This document shows positions 1-11,363 of a DNA stretch of 64,000 nt, one piece after another (position 1 is the first letter of the stretch; each line of letters opens with the position of its first letter). This stretch comes from Strigamia acuminata (Eukaryota): assembly GCA_949358305.1 (NCBI GenBank), contig OX442314.1:30814001-30878000 (forward strand), written 5' to 3'. The position numbers were made by a program, and so were the translations under genes. The notes beneath the pieces were generated by a model. That model did no database searches and was not told the DNA's origin. It saw only the letters and a list, made by a program, of their open reading frames with translations.

Positions 1-2
1 GT

Positions 3-131
3 CTGAATTGGTGCATTCAAAACAACGCTAGCTGCACGTCCAACAAAAACGGCTGTTGCTCCGGATCTTCTTGCCAATGCAACAGCGATAACCAGGACTG
101 CAAGTGTTTGCGCATACCACGACTACCGTAA
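3..131 (+). CDS. Terminal exon of an agatoxin-like (ICK/knottin) peptide; 5' part lies outside the window
   Basis: Translates LNWCIQNNASCTSNKNGCCSGSSCQCNSDNQDCKCLRIPRLP*. Framework C-x6-C-x6-CC-x4-C-x-C-x6-C-x-C matches arthropod agatoxin-like peptides. AATAAA at ~156. Too short for the ORF track. Confidence 0.85.
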   Translation: MNWCIQNNASCTSNKNGCCSGSSCQCNSDNQDCKCLRIPRLP

Positions 132-335
132 GAAGCACACACCCGCGAATTTCCTAATAAAATATTAAAATATTTTTTTTTCAAAGCTGTATTCAACAGA
201 ATGTTTCGTGCCAAAGTCGACCTTACAGCTGCTGCACGGGTTTCACATGCGTATGTGAAGATAATAGGCGAAATTGCCTTTGTAATGTACCACCACCACC
301 AACACCAATACCGTAAACGATTTATATTAGATCTA

Positions 336-1253
336 CCTAGGACGATCAACTACAGGACTTCACATCTAGCACAATTTAATTGTTAGACTGTAATGCGATC
401 CTGTCTTGTGTTCGTGGCGCCATCCGGCCAAAACGATGCAAAATGACGTTACTTTGCGGGCAAATGGCGGACAACTGACATCCCGCATTTACATTTTTGG
501 CGAACGTTATAACTACAGTTCAATTTTATTTAACGTTTGATTTAAAATCAATAGAAAGTTTGCGGGATGCATTTTTCCCTTACAGTTAAAGACTATACGG
601 TATGAAAATAGTGTAAGGGAAAAATGATAAATCAAGTTTTTGCGGGCTGCATTTTTTCCTTATCACTACACTATTTCAGCCAACTACTGACAGTTAGTAA
701 TTTTGGACCTAAAAATTCAATTTGAGGACGTAAATGTGCAAATTTCTGCATAAAATTCGATTATTATGCCTACAAAGTATGGTTTTGGGCCTAAAATTCA
801 ATTTAGGGCCTCACTTATCATTCAATCTACGTACCTATGACTGTGATGTGTTTGATCGGGACAACAAAATATTCGCCATTTGCAATGGGCGGAGCTAACA
901 ATATAGTGTTCTCAATTCTGATTGGCTGCGCTATATTTTAATTTAGTGTTGAAAACGATACACTAAAGACTTTTCCCTTACAATATGGCACTAAAATAGT
1001 GTAACGTAGAGAAAAATAAGGGAAAAATGCATTCCGCAAACTCTCTAATACCTAAAAATACAGTAAATAATTTTCAGGCATTGTTTTTAAATCAAAAGTT
1101 AAATAAAATTGAACTATATTGATAACGTCCGCCAAAAATGTAAATGCGGGATGTCAGTTGTCCGCCATTTGCCCGAAAAAAGTTCTAAAGATGCGGGATA
1201 ACTTGGATTTCAAAAAAATGGCGGATGTGACGTCCTGTACTGATCGTCCTAGG
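336..1253. mobile_element. Non-autonomous TIR element (MITE)
   Basis: Terminal inverted repeat CCTAGGACGATCA...TGATCGTCCTAGG. Inner inverted arms ~457-548 and ~1086-1175. ATCTA directly repeated at 331-335 and 1254-1258. Confidence 0.8.
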
Positions 1254-1298
1254 ATCTAATTTCTGCAAAAATAGCAAACAATCTGCTTTCTGTTTCAG

Positions 1299-1449
1299 GA
1301 AAATGCCCTGTCTTCTAAGAGATGCAAAGTGCGATCCTAATGACGACCGCTGCTGTTGTACCGATCATTGCATCTGGCTGCCGTTATATAAGAGTTTCGG
1401 ATGTAAAAAAAAACCTTTAAGTTCTTGGAAACCTGGTTGTACAGATTAA
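1299..1449 (+). CDS. Terminal exon of a second 8-Cys knottin-like peptide
   Basis: Acceptor TTTCTGTTTCAG ends at 1298. Reads KMPCLLRDAKCDPNDDRCCCTDHCIWLPLYKSFGCKKKPLSSWKPGCTD* (C-x6-C-x6-CCC-x3-C-x10-C-x11-C). AATAAA at ~1481. Confidence 0.7.
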
Positions 1450-2270
1450 TGATTCTATTCCACACTTATTGTGACATCAAAATAAAAATGTATGCCTAAG
1501 CATGTATTTGTGTGAGATTATTTGTTTAAAGTCTGGCTTAATGGGTTTTACGAGTCACTGGCCATAAATAATAATAATAATAATAATGAATTTGAAATTA
1601 TTCACTTACTAATGCAAAAATCATTTTCCTTTTGTTTTCTTTTCGTTTTTATTCTTGTTTTCGATCAATCGATGTGCAATCAGTTCGTCTCTAAAACATG
1701 TTCGTCACCAAATGCACTTTTCCTTCCCTCATAAATTGGCCATCGACTCGTCGTGTTCATGGTATGAGTGATTCTGTTCAAGCCTTATTGTGAGATCGAA
1801 ATAAAATGTATGCCCAACCATGAATTTGTGTAAGATTATATTTGTTTATAGTTTTGTTTGATTGGTTTTATACAATCTGAAATCATTATTTTCAAAATTT
1901 CATTCCGTTATAATTATAATACACCGAATTTAGGACTTCGTCTCAGAACGAAATCGCAGAACAAAAAGTATTGCACCAAAATTACATTTTCCTTATATTA
2001 CTAAAATTGCGAAATAAAATATGAACATTTTTTATTTCTTGCAACGCTTTGACACAATTAATAATCATCTTTTTATAACTTAATTTCAAACCAAAATTGA
2101 GTTTGATCGGAACTTGCATAGTAAATAATAATAAATGACATTGAAATCATTCACTTACCAATGCAAAATACCATTTTCCTTTTGTCTTCGTTTCGTTTCC
2201 GTTCATTTAAAACATGTTCATCATAAAACGCACGTTTCCTAACCTCATAAATTAGTCATCGACTCCTCGT
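1450..2270. repeat. Diverged local tandem duplication of the knottin 3' flank
   Basis: ~1450-1530 recurs at ~1770-1850, and ~1565-1755 recurs at ~2120-2270. Confidence 0.65.
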
Positions 2271-2794
2271 TTCGCTCCATAAATCACACGTTTCGCCCCA
2301 TAAACTGGTCATCGATTCCTCGTTTCGCCGTAACAGCAGCCATTTTTCACGTAACGTCACATCGTGCTCACCCTGGTGCCAAAATTATGTAGTCACTAAA
2401 CATAAAAACAAAATAAATACAAAATAAGTGAATAAGTGGAGGAGGCCAAGAAATTTAAATAAACATTTAAATTTGATTTTCAATTCTATTAATTTTCGTG
2501 TAATTTTGAATATTTCCACAAACTCCGCACAAAACCTTCGCTGCATTGCACAAACAAAAACCAAAGTGCTTTTCTCCCATTTTCTTACATAAACACGAGA
2601 TTAACATATGATGTCACCGAACGACTTTTTCGATGCATCGACATGAATAATCGATAAATTCAAAACGTTGACATTGAAACTCAGTCCCAAAACTTCCTCT
2701 TACGACTTCACACCACGACCCATCTCCGAATAAGGATTAAAACAACCAAAACTTGAATTTTAATCAACTCGTAAAACACTAAACTCAACAAACA

Positions 2795-3486
2795 ATGACC
2801 GGATTCGACCCAAATTCGCTTTCCTACTGGACACACAACACACGGCAAGAAGAAGCAGCAGAAACGAGTGAAATAAACGCCCAAAATCAACACGAAAAAC
2901 CGTGCCACCGTCATTCAGACGCAATTAGTTGGTCAAGATGCCACGACTGTGATCGTCTCTTCTGCTACGCTTGCTCGGCCGATCACGATTTTCTATTCGA
3001 GGATCACTTTACCACGAATTTTAACGAACCCTTGTTAGACTCGACTCATGTTTCGCTTCTGCAAATCCGACGCCAATTTTTGCGGGAAATTCTCCAGCAT
3101 ACGGTTAATAGAAATCTACTTAGACAATTAGCCGCCATGTCGAAAATCGGCCGAGATGTCGAAAGCGAGTTGCGCACAATGGGGAAACTCGTGCGGATGT
3201 TTATTAGGAAAAACTACACGCGTTTAGTGACTGATTTTAAAAGTGTTGTGATGCTTGAGAGTGAGTTTAGTTGTGAAAAAAATAAATAATAATGAATAAA
3301 ATTTTTAATTTTATATATTTTTTCTATTTAGTTGCCGCTTTGGAGTGGCATTTGTTTGAAATTCGAAGTTTGTTAGGACGTTCGCAGTGCCCGGATGTTG
3401 GTAATGAGAAACGGAGAAACGAAGCGTGTGTAACTGATATGGAAGAAGCAATTATCGCGTATAAGGATGTTATTCAGAAATCGTAA
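2795..3486 (+). CDS. B-box zinc finger plus coiled-coil protein, 2 exons (2795-3260, 3332-3486), 206 aa
   Basis: CHRH-x7-CHDC-x4-CYAC-x3-H-x6-H is B-box type 2-like. The phase-1 intron GTGAGT...TTTAG (3261-3331) joins the two track ORFs in frame. Confidence 0.7.
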
Positions 3487-3904
3487 ACGAAGTTGAAACA
3501 CTTGAAACATTACTACCCAGTTTGTTATTAATTTTATGTAGACTTTTTTTTTACGTTTTAATATTTTACAATGAAAATTCGACGTTTAAAACATTACAAA
3601 TAAAATGAATTGTCTTTTGGCAGAAAAATGAAAATCAAACGTACATTTTAATTAATCTCGCATTACTTTCAATGGGGTCACTAAAAAATCTGTGTCCTCT
3701 ATGTCCCAATCCACTGCAGGAAAAAATTTGCCATTTTACACGACACTTCTTACTTTGTCCAGGACTTCTCATCCGCCATTTTTTTCAGACAAACCTCGAT
3801 TATCTGAACAGCATTAGGCAATTTTTTATCATTTTTGGCCGATTCTTATCGGTTTTTTAATCAATTTTTAATGTTCTCTTTTTCGATTTTCACATACCGT
3901 ATTT

Positions 3905-4520
3905 TTAACCGGTTTTTAATGTCTTTAACCGGTTCTTAACCGGTTTTTAATGTTTTTAACCAGTTCTTAACCGGTTTTTAATGTCTTTAACCGGATCTTA
4001 ACCGGTTTTTAATGTTTTTAACCAGTTCTTAACCGGTTTTTAATGTCTTTAACCGGATCTTAACCGGTTTTTAATGTTTTTAACCAGTTCTTAACCGGTT
4101 TTTAATGTTTTTAACCGGTTCTTAACCGGTTTTTAATGTTTTTAACCAGTTCTTAACCGGTTTTTAATGTCTTTAACCGGATCTTAACCGGTTTTTAATG
4201 TTTTTAACCGGTTCCTAACCGGTTTTTAATGTTTTTAACCGGTTCTTAACCGGTTTTTAATGTTTTTAACCGGTTCCTAACCGGTTTTTAATGTTTTTAA
4301 CCGGTTCTTAACCGGTTTTTAATGTTTTCAACCGGTTCTCAATCGGTTTTTAATGTTTTTAACCGGTTCTTAACCGGTTTTTTAATGTTTTTAGCCGGTT
4401 TTTAAATGTTTTTAACCGGTTTTTAATGTTTTTAACCGGTTTTTTAATGTTTTTAACCGGTTTTTAATGTTTTTAACCGGTTTTTAATGTTTTTAACGGA
4501 TTCTTAACCGGTTTTTGATG
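3905..4520. repeat. Minisatellite of ~31-bp units built on the palindrome AACCGGTT
   Basis: Tandem TTTTAACCGGTTCTTAACCGGTTTTTAATG with variants. Confidence 0.95.
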
Positions 4521-4720
4521 TTTTTTTGTCAACTTTTATCCATTTTTGGTCGGCTTTAATGCTTTTTAACAATATTTCAATGAATTTTTATTTTCACATT
4601 CCTCAATAATCGAGGCTTTTGATTAATTTGATTGAATTTATTTGTTAAAAATAGATAAAGATATAATTTCAATGGTGTAGTTGAAGATACTACACTATAA
4701 AAAAAGACATGATTTTTTTT

Positions 4721-5168
4721 TCATTCGCATGTACAGATTCCATCGCGCCATCCATGTTTGGTCATCGTTGTATTTACATACGTGTACAGAGTTGTCTTCT
4801 TATCACCACGAGACGACCAGCACGTCACATATTTGCAAACATTTTGCAATGTTTGTTCTTTCGTTTCTACAACAAATAGATAAAATATAATATAATGTAA
4901 TATAATATACCGGTAATATAATACCACAAAATGTATGGCTCATTGCACCAAGCATGTCCAGTTTGCATTTTGGATAAAATTCTTCCCATGTCCCATGGTC
5001 AGTTTGGCCAGGAGTGTTGAAAACGTTTTCACAGTAATGATCCGCATCATTACAAAGGGCGACTAATTTCCAATTTTTTTCCAACTCTGCTTTAATTTGA
5101 TCTTGGCTCTCTGCATTCATGCAGCAAGAATACAAACTCAAAACGAAACAAATAACCAACAGCCTCAT
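4721..5168 (-). CDS. Secreted 8-Cys protein, copy A; exons 5168-4925 and 4866-4721, 129 aa
   Basis: Signal peptide MRLLVICFVLSLYSC; 58-nt GT-AG intron; spliced C-terminus ETKEQTLQNVCKYVTC...WRDGICTCE*. Seven paralogues in the window. Confidence 0.85.
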
Positions 5169-5419
5169 CTTGTAACAGCAAGTTGAAATGAATTCAGATG
5201 ATAGTGTAAATGTAGATAAGCGTAGAGCGTATCCTGTATAATTAATTTATATTGCTTTCCAAACAATAACTACATCCCATAAACCCCACATTAATTAAAA
5301 CAATCAATAAAATTAATAGAATCCGGCTCCATTACATTAATTAATATAGAATAACACTCTTCATATCTCAACTTTAACTTGATGCAGACTCATGTTTCGC
5401 TTCTGCAAATTCAACGTAT

Positions 5420-6330
5420 TCTTGCCTCCCTTAGCAGGTCCTTACATTTCTACAGGGGGTTAGGAACCTGTAACGATGCCTTCGACCACGGCTTCTGTGT
5501 CTCCCTGTTCTGACGCAGTGCCACAAGCATGCTTAAGATTCCAACGTGATTAGCACCCACAAGGGTGTTAAATCTGTCACGCCATGACTCCACGAGATTG
5601 CTCGTTCTCGGCTCACCCTCATGATACAATTGGTAGCAACTCCAGAGCTCCGGTGGGAAAAGTGGCGTGGCACATGTAAACAGGTTTTGACGACCTAACA
5701 TCAAAAAAATAAAGTTGAAAAATCGTTTAAGAATGTGCGGGAGCTCACATTGTGCGACCGCCATGTTTAATATCGGTAAAACATACGACAAGACACTGTT
5801 TGAGGCTAATTGCCTCCAAATCATGGCAATGGTTTTAAAGAGAACAAATCAATGTTTATTATGCATTGATTTGTACTTTACAAATCAATAAAACAAATCA
5901 ACTATCGTGTCGTAAGCAGATGACAACGTAAAATGACAACACATGCGTGTTTACAAATAAATGCAACTGTAAATCGGTTATAACATCAGGGTACGTGTTC
6001 AAACAGAATTACAACACGTTAGAACAGTTTAATAAGTTACACACGCATCTACTATGTTTACCCGGAAACACATGGGAAAAGATTAAATGATCGATCGTTC
6101 CACAATAACATGTTTCATTGCGTCTGACCTTGCCAAGAACATAATTGTTCTCCCACCACTGCAAAAGACCAGCTGCACTTGGGCTGAACAGTGGCTTCAA
6201 CTGTCATTACTATCATTACTATCATTACTCAGTGTTCAATTGATTGTGTATTCTCGTTTTATTACATTCTTCATTTATTACAAGTCGATTGACTACAATG
6301 TTAAAATTGCTCATCTTCCGCCTCACAATT
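5420..6330 (-). mobile_element. Degraded Mutator-like (MULE) transposase fragments
   Basis: FPPELWSCY...PRTSNLVESW..RFNTLVG..H and WWENNYVLG resemble the C-terminal part of MULE transposases. Fragmented by stops and inserted sequence. Confidence 0.7.
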
Positions 6331-6578
6331 GAGGGGATGTTGGAGTGTCTGTACTCCATTCTTTAATTGTCATTTCCTGTTGATTTGTGACGCTACCTTT
6401 GCGCAGCGCCACCTGTGTTAACTTTTGACTTAATAAATTCACTTATGCAAATATGTCCGCCTAGTACGTATCGTCCATGTTTCAACAAACACCAATCTTC
6501 ACTATTACGAATAAGAACACAACACTTTGAAAAAATACTTTAAAAAAAAGATTATAAAGTTTATTTGTAGATAATCAC

Positions 6579-7902
6579 CTAGGCAGTTGCCGGATTAAAT
6601 CCTGTATATTCCGGCGTGTATCTAACAGCAACTTCTTTCTTAAACCCATTCCAAAGACGCCAATTAACCATAATTTGTTTCGATCTCCATAAAGCTTTAG
6701 CTGTATTTACAACTAACCCTCTGCGTAAAGCGAAGGCGTTGTTGAGCACATAGAACTTATAACCTGCTTTCACCATTTCGTAGACCTGCAAATAGAATTA
6801 TTATTCACAGTATTTAAAAACTCATTTTAAATTAACATTAAGCTTTACAGTAAGCCGTCTGAAATCCTAAAATCCTCAAGATTTAGCAGTCAATAACGTG
6901 TACCTGAGAACTACGTGTGAATCCATATCCGACGAACCTTTCGTCGTGCGGCGGCACCGGGTCCGCGGACACATAAAACGGTTCGTATTTCATCTCGTAC
7001 TTCATCTCGTACTCGGTGACCCTATAGACCGCCATCATCTTACGCGCTTCAGGGATCTTCTCCCATCGAGAATAGTTCGTTGCATACTGATCAGACTTCA
7101 AAACCACCCTGTGGAGTGGCTGCGCTTGCTGTTTCTTCACCAGCTCAATCAAATCACTTTTGGTCAATGGCAATTGAGTAAGGTTCTCTTCGATCTCGTA
7201 CGTGGGCACCACGAACGCGCAGCGGGCGCACAGGTCGGGTTTGCTCACAAACTGCGCGAGAGAGAGCGCGAGTCCACGTCGAGGGATGATGTGCACATCG
7301 ATCAGGAAGACGTACGGCGACTGACAGTTCTTGCGGGCCACGTTGTGCACGTGGTTTTGCGGGTAGAGCATCGTGTCACGCCACTTCAACATCGAGAGCG
7401 GGCGCAGTTTGAGGACCCGCGTTAAACTCTTGCTCGGCTGATTGCAATTTAACCAGAATGGTTTGTGGTACACGCGAAAATTGGGGTCTGGGCGCCGGTC
7501 GACGGGATAGACCAAGTGGAACGACACGTTGTCGTTGACGGCTGGGAAACAGTTTTGTAAGAACGCGATGTAACGAAGAGCTAAGAAGAATTCATAGTCG
7601 GGCGCGAAGACGGTCACGCTCACCGGGCCCTGCCACTCGGTGGCCACTTCGCCCAGAGTGGACAATCCGTCCAAGGGCGTGTGCGTGGCCAGACACACTG
7701 GACTCGTGCTCACTTGGCCCCATTTTTTGCCCACTATTAGGAAATCGTGTATTTTGTAACGACGGCTGGCGTCCATTCGGCCGACGGTCGAGCGGGAATG
7801 AGTCACGTTCGAGTTGTGGTTCATGTTGCAGATGATCAGTGTACTGATGAATGTAATCACGACGGCGCATGGTAGTGGCCAACGACGAAAGATCCCTGGA
7901 CA
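6579..7902 (-). CDS. B4GAT1: Beta-1,4-glucuronyltransferase 1-like (GT49); exons 7902-6904 and 6785-6579, possible first exon 8053-8036 (MKPHRI)
   Basis: Motifs W.GPVSVTVFAP, YPQNH..NVARKNC, CAFVVPTYE, YEPFYV, PPHDERFVGYGFTRSSQ|VYEM..AGY.F.VLNNAF. N-terminal hydrophobic anchor. Canonical splice sites. Confidence 0.85.
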
Positions 7903-9558
7903 CTAGAAGAGTTGGAAAATTTTCATAAATATCAATCAAATAAGTCCAAAAGATAAATGTGAGCTTGTGCATGTGAGTTTGTTATTGTGATTAGTATTGC
8001 TATTTCTTAATATTTGTAAATAAATATTTATGTACGATTCTATGTGGTTTCATAATTTTCAATAGACTTTGCTGGTACTGGCGTGATCGCACAAGCTGGC
8101 GTTGATCAACGACGATGCATTGATGGCGGACTTAGCGGTAGCAACGAGTTGTTCGATTGTACCGGATCCGACGTAGACGTACTGATTAAATCGAAACAGA
8201 AATTCTCAACGATCCTCTTCGTGCGACGTCAAAATCAGAAACTTGTAACCGATATTTGTGTGATATATCTAAGGGATCGCAACTGGCTGTGGATGTGAGC
8301 AGAAAAAGTAGAGACATATTCGCGATATTAGGGTTAAGCTGGCAATTCGTGCCAATTATCCCCAATAGGTGGAAACTACTATTCCCGTGTAAATTAATTA
8401 ATCGGGTTTTAATATCTTGTTATTGGAGTGTTTTACACTCCATTTCTTTCTGTTTGATATTTTGTGACGCACGTTACGTCGTGTTCCTGCGTGCGAAAGC
8501 GCATGTTGTGCCACCTATGTTTCTTATGCAATTTGCATAATGCAAATAAACATTCATGCACATTTCCCTACAACAACTGCCTCGTGTCTAACTCCAATCC
8601 TACTGCAATCCAACTCCATCCAAGTGCATCCAGCTTCCATCGGTGCAATCAAGTTCTACAGACACTCCAGTTATCAGCTGCCTCTATGCACTGATTACTT
8701 ACCCGCAGCGCAATGCATTTGGTGCAACTTCTCGCACTCCTTGTGCGCTTGTTGCGGTCCCCCGCAGCCAGTTGGAGCTGCTGGCCCTGGAAGTGATCAA
8801 TGGGCCCCGGAAGGTCAGAAGTGGCGTGAGCTCTGTAGAGATCCATATTTGAATATTATTCATCCATTTGTTTCGAAAATGTTGGCATTTAGGGAAGGAA
8901 TACAATAACAATATCTTTAATTAAAATAAATACAAGTACGTGAACTGTAATTACAAAATAAAAGTGGAAACCCAAAATTTTACAAATTATTATTACAGGA
9001 AATTCGAAATTATCACGACAAACTGATATTATTTCGTTCTTCTGGAGTGGCAGATGAGGTAGTGGTGGTGTACCGCTTATGAGAGTACTTTGAAACAATA
9101 CTGGAAAAAAAATTATAAAGTTTACTAGTAGTTATTGATTATCAGCTCGGTCGTAACATTTGAGAACATTAAATTGTAACTGCTTATCCGCCTAAGAATG
9201 ACCAGCATCACTGACACACTGCCCAATAGCCCCGAGGACTGACCTCGTGAAGAAAAGGAAGAAGCTGAATGGTTTATTGAGTGGACAGAAGAGAGCGAAG
9301 AGCTCAGTATTGTGATGTTGGATTCGCCACAGTCTTCACGAGCGACCCAAATGGGCCGAGGTAAGTACGACAGAATAGTAAAGCATACCAGCCGCGTAAC
9401 CCATGCGGATTACAAGTACCTCTCTGTGCGTGACGGGTCGGTTGCTGTGTGGCGTGCCCAAAAGACAGAATTGTATTTCTTTTAATTGTGTTTTTCAGGG
9501 AAAATATTCCAGGAGCAATCTGGATAGACCGTTAATCTTTTCACCTTGCATTGGCAGT

Positions 9559-9750
9559 TCAAGTGGCCTCTTTCGTGCCGAAGTATCTCACAGCAACTTC
9601 TTCCTTAAACCGATTCAAACGAAACCGATTATTCATATTTTGTTTCAATCTCCATGTAGGTTTAGTTGAATTTATAAGTAAGCCTCTGTGCAAAGCGAAG
9701 GCGTTGTTGAGCACTAAAAACTTATAACCTGCTTCCACCATTTCGTAGAC
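9559..9750 (-). pseudogene. B4GAT1: Orphan last exon of a B4GAT1-like paralogue
   Basis: VYEMVEAGYKFLVLNNAFALHRGL with acceptor and ~55 nt of intron similar to 6786-6840. No upstream exons found in the window. Confidence 0.75.
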
Positions 9751-10546
9751 CTGCAAATAGAATTATTAGTCATATTCATAATACTTAAAAACTCATTTTA
9801 AATTAATGTTTTTTAAATTTCCGCCCTTGTCTGCGCTTTCCCTTGTGGCTCATTAGGGTTTCTCCATGTCGGGACTTTTGCTAAAACCAGTATTTCGATA
9901 TTCAATATTAAGAAAACCGGTAAACCGGTATTTTCCGGTAATAAAGTAAAATAAAACAGCTGCAATGTTAAGTATTTTTATTTTAATTGTAATGTTTTAA
10001 TGGTAATTTTTGTTTATTTCTATTAAATATAATTTTGAATGGGTTGTAGGAGCTTGATAAATGTTAAACTTGAAGTAAATAAAAGTTATTCAAAGTTTAC
10101 CAATTAATTTCCAAAGTTCTCTGGATACAAATGATGTTTCTTGAAGTCAAGTTGAATGTTGAAAATGGCGTTGGAGTTTCAAGGAAGCACGACCACACAG
10201 TTTAAGGTATAAAAGTACACTAACTTTATTCAATTCAAAAAGGTAACAAGTGATGCAAATTGTTGGTTTAGAATAAATACTCAATCATTGGAAATATCAA
10301 CAAGATGAATATGTCGGCATTTTATTCCAACTCGAACAACACTCTCATTACAATAACTACATCGGTTGCACTCCATTCTTGTGCAATCTCGTACGTCAAC
10401 AATACATCAATTAATACACTTAGACTATAACACTTTGTGATAAAAACATATCTACAAATCCCCTTCTTTTTACACAAAGTAAACAGCATTTAACAGACAA
10501 CAAAAATAACCCAAAAAATCGAATTTAATTAAATTCTTTCTTCTCT

Positions 10547-11362
10547 TCAATATAAACCCATTCCCTGCACACATTTGAGTAAAATCGGTCCGCTGAGCGG
10601 TTTGGTCAGCGCGTCCGCTATCATCTCCGTCCCGGGGATGTGCTCAACCCGTATATGGTCCGTCTCCACTCTCGCCTTAATGAAGTGGTATTTGCGATTC
10701 AAATACTTGCTTCTCACGCGTTGGATTCCGTCTTGTAACATCTGTACCGCCGCTTGGTTGTCGTTGTAGAGTTTGACATCTTTGTTAAATGTTGCGCCCA
10801 AGTCCTTCAAAACGGATTTCGTCCACGTTAAATCTCGTATCGCATCCGAAATGCCATCGAGTTCGCTCTCGCATGATGATTCGGCCACGTCGCCCTGTTT
10901 TCGACACTTCCAATTGATTAGCGAATCTCCATCTTTGACCACGTATCCCGTAAATGTCCGTGCGTCTGCCGTCGAATCCCAGCTAGAATCGGCGTGCGCG
11001 TATAGGCATGATTTTTCTTTCCCGTAATGCAACTTGTAGTTCTGCGTCCCACGGATGTAACGCAGTAAACGTTTGGCCGCAGCAAGGTGGATATCCTTCG
11101 GATCCTTATTAAATCTCGAGAGAGAACTGACTGGATAACTCAGATCAGGTCGTGTGCTTGTTGCCAAATACATCACGCTGCCTATTATTTCTTGATACAA
11201 AGTCGCATCCACCGGCGGGCTATCTGCAAACTCTTCCAGTTTCAGTCCCAGTTCGCACGGTGTGGCGTTTGCATTACATTTGTCCAAACCAAAACGTCGT
11301 AGCACCTTTTCGGCGTATTTGCGTTGAAAAAGTCTGATTTCGTTTTTGTCTCGTTCGATTTC
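10547..11362 (-). CDS. Copia RT C-terminus and RNase H
   Basis: YQEIIGSVMYL, TRPDLSY, ADSSWD, SSCESE, DNQAA, ADALTKPL. Continues in frame from GLEI at ~17010. Confidence 0.9.
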   Translation of the reverse strand, partial: EIERDKNEIRLFQRKYAEKVLRRFGLDKCNANATPCELGLKLEEFADSPPVDATLYQEIIGSVMYLATSTRPDLSYPVSSLSRFNKDPKDIHLAAAKRLLRYIRGTQNYKLHYGKEKSCLYAHADSSWDSTADARTFTGYVVKDGDSLINWKCRKQGDVAESSCESELDGISDAIRDLTWTKSVLKDLGATFNKDVKLYNDNQAAVQMLQDGIQRVRSKYLNRKYHFIKARVETDHIRVEHIPGTEMIADALTKPLSGPILLKCVQGMGLY

Positions 11363-11363
11363 T

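Noticed and set aside
4803..5168. Single-exon reading of the secreted proteins ending RNERTNIAKCLQICDVLVVSW (also copies B, D, G)
   Set aside because: It reads through a GT-AG intron. It is broken in copies C, E and F, whereas the spliced frame is intact in all complete copies.
8500..8911. Possible pogo/DDE fragment (MDLYRAH) and overlapping Cys-rich ORFs
   Set aside because: Only one short motif, and the neighbouring motifs are not in the expected order; insufficient support.
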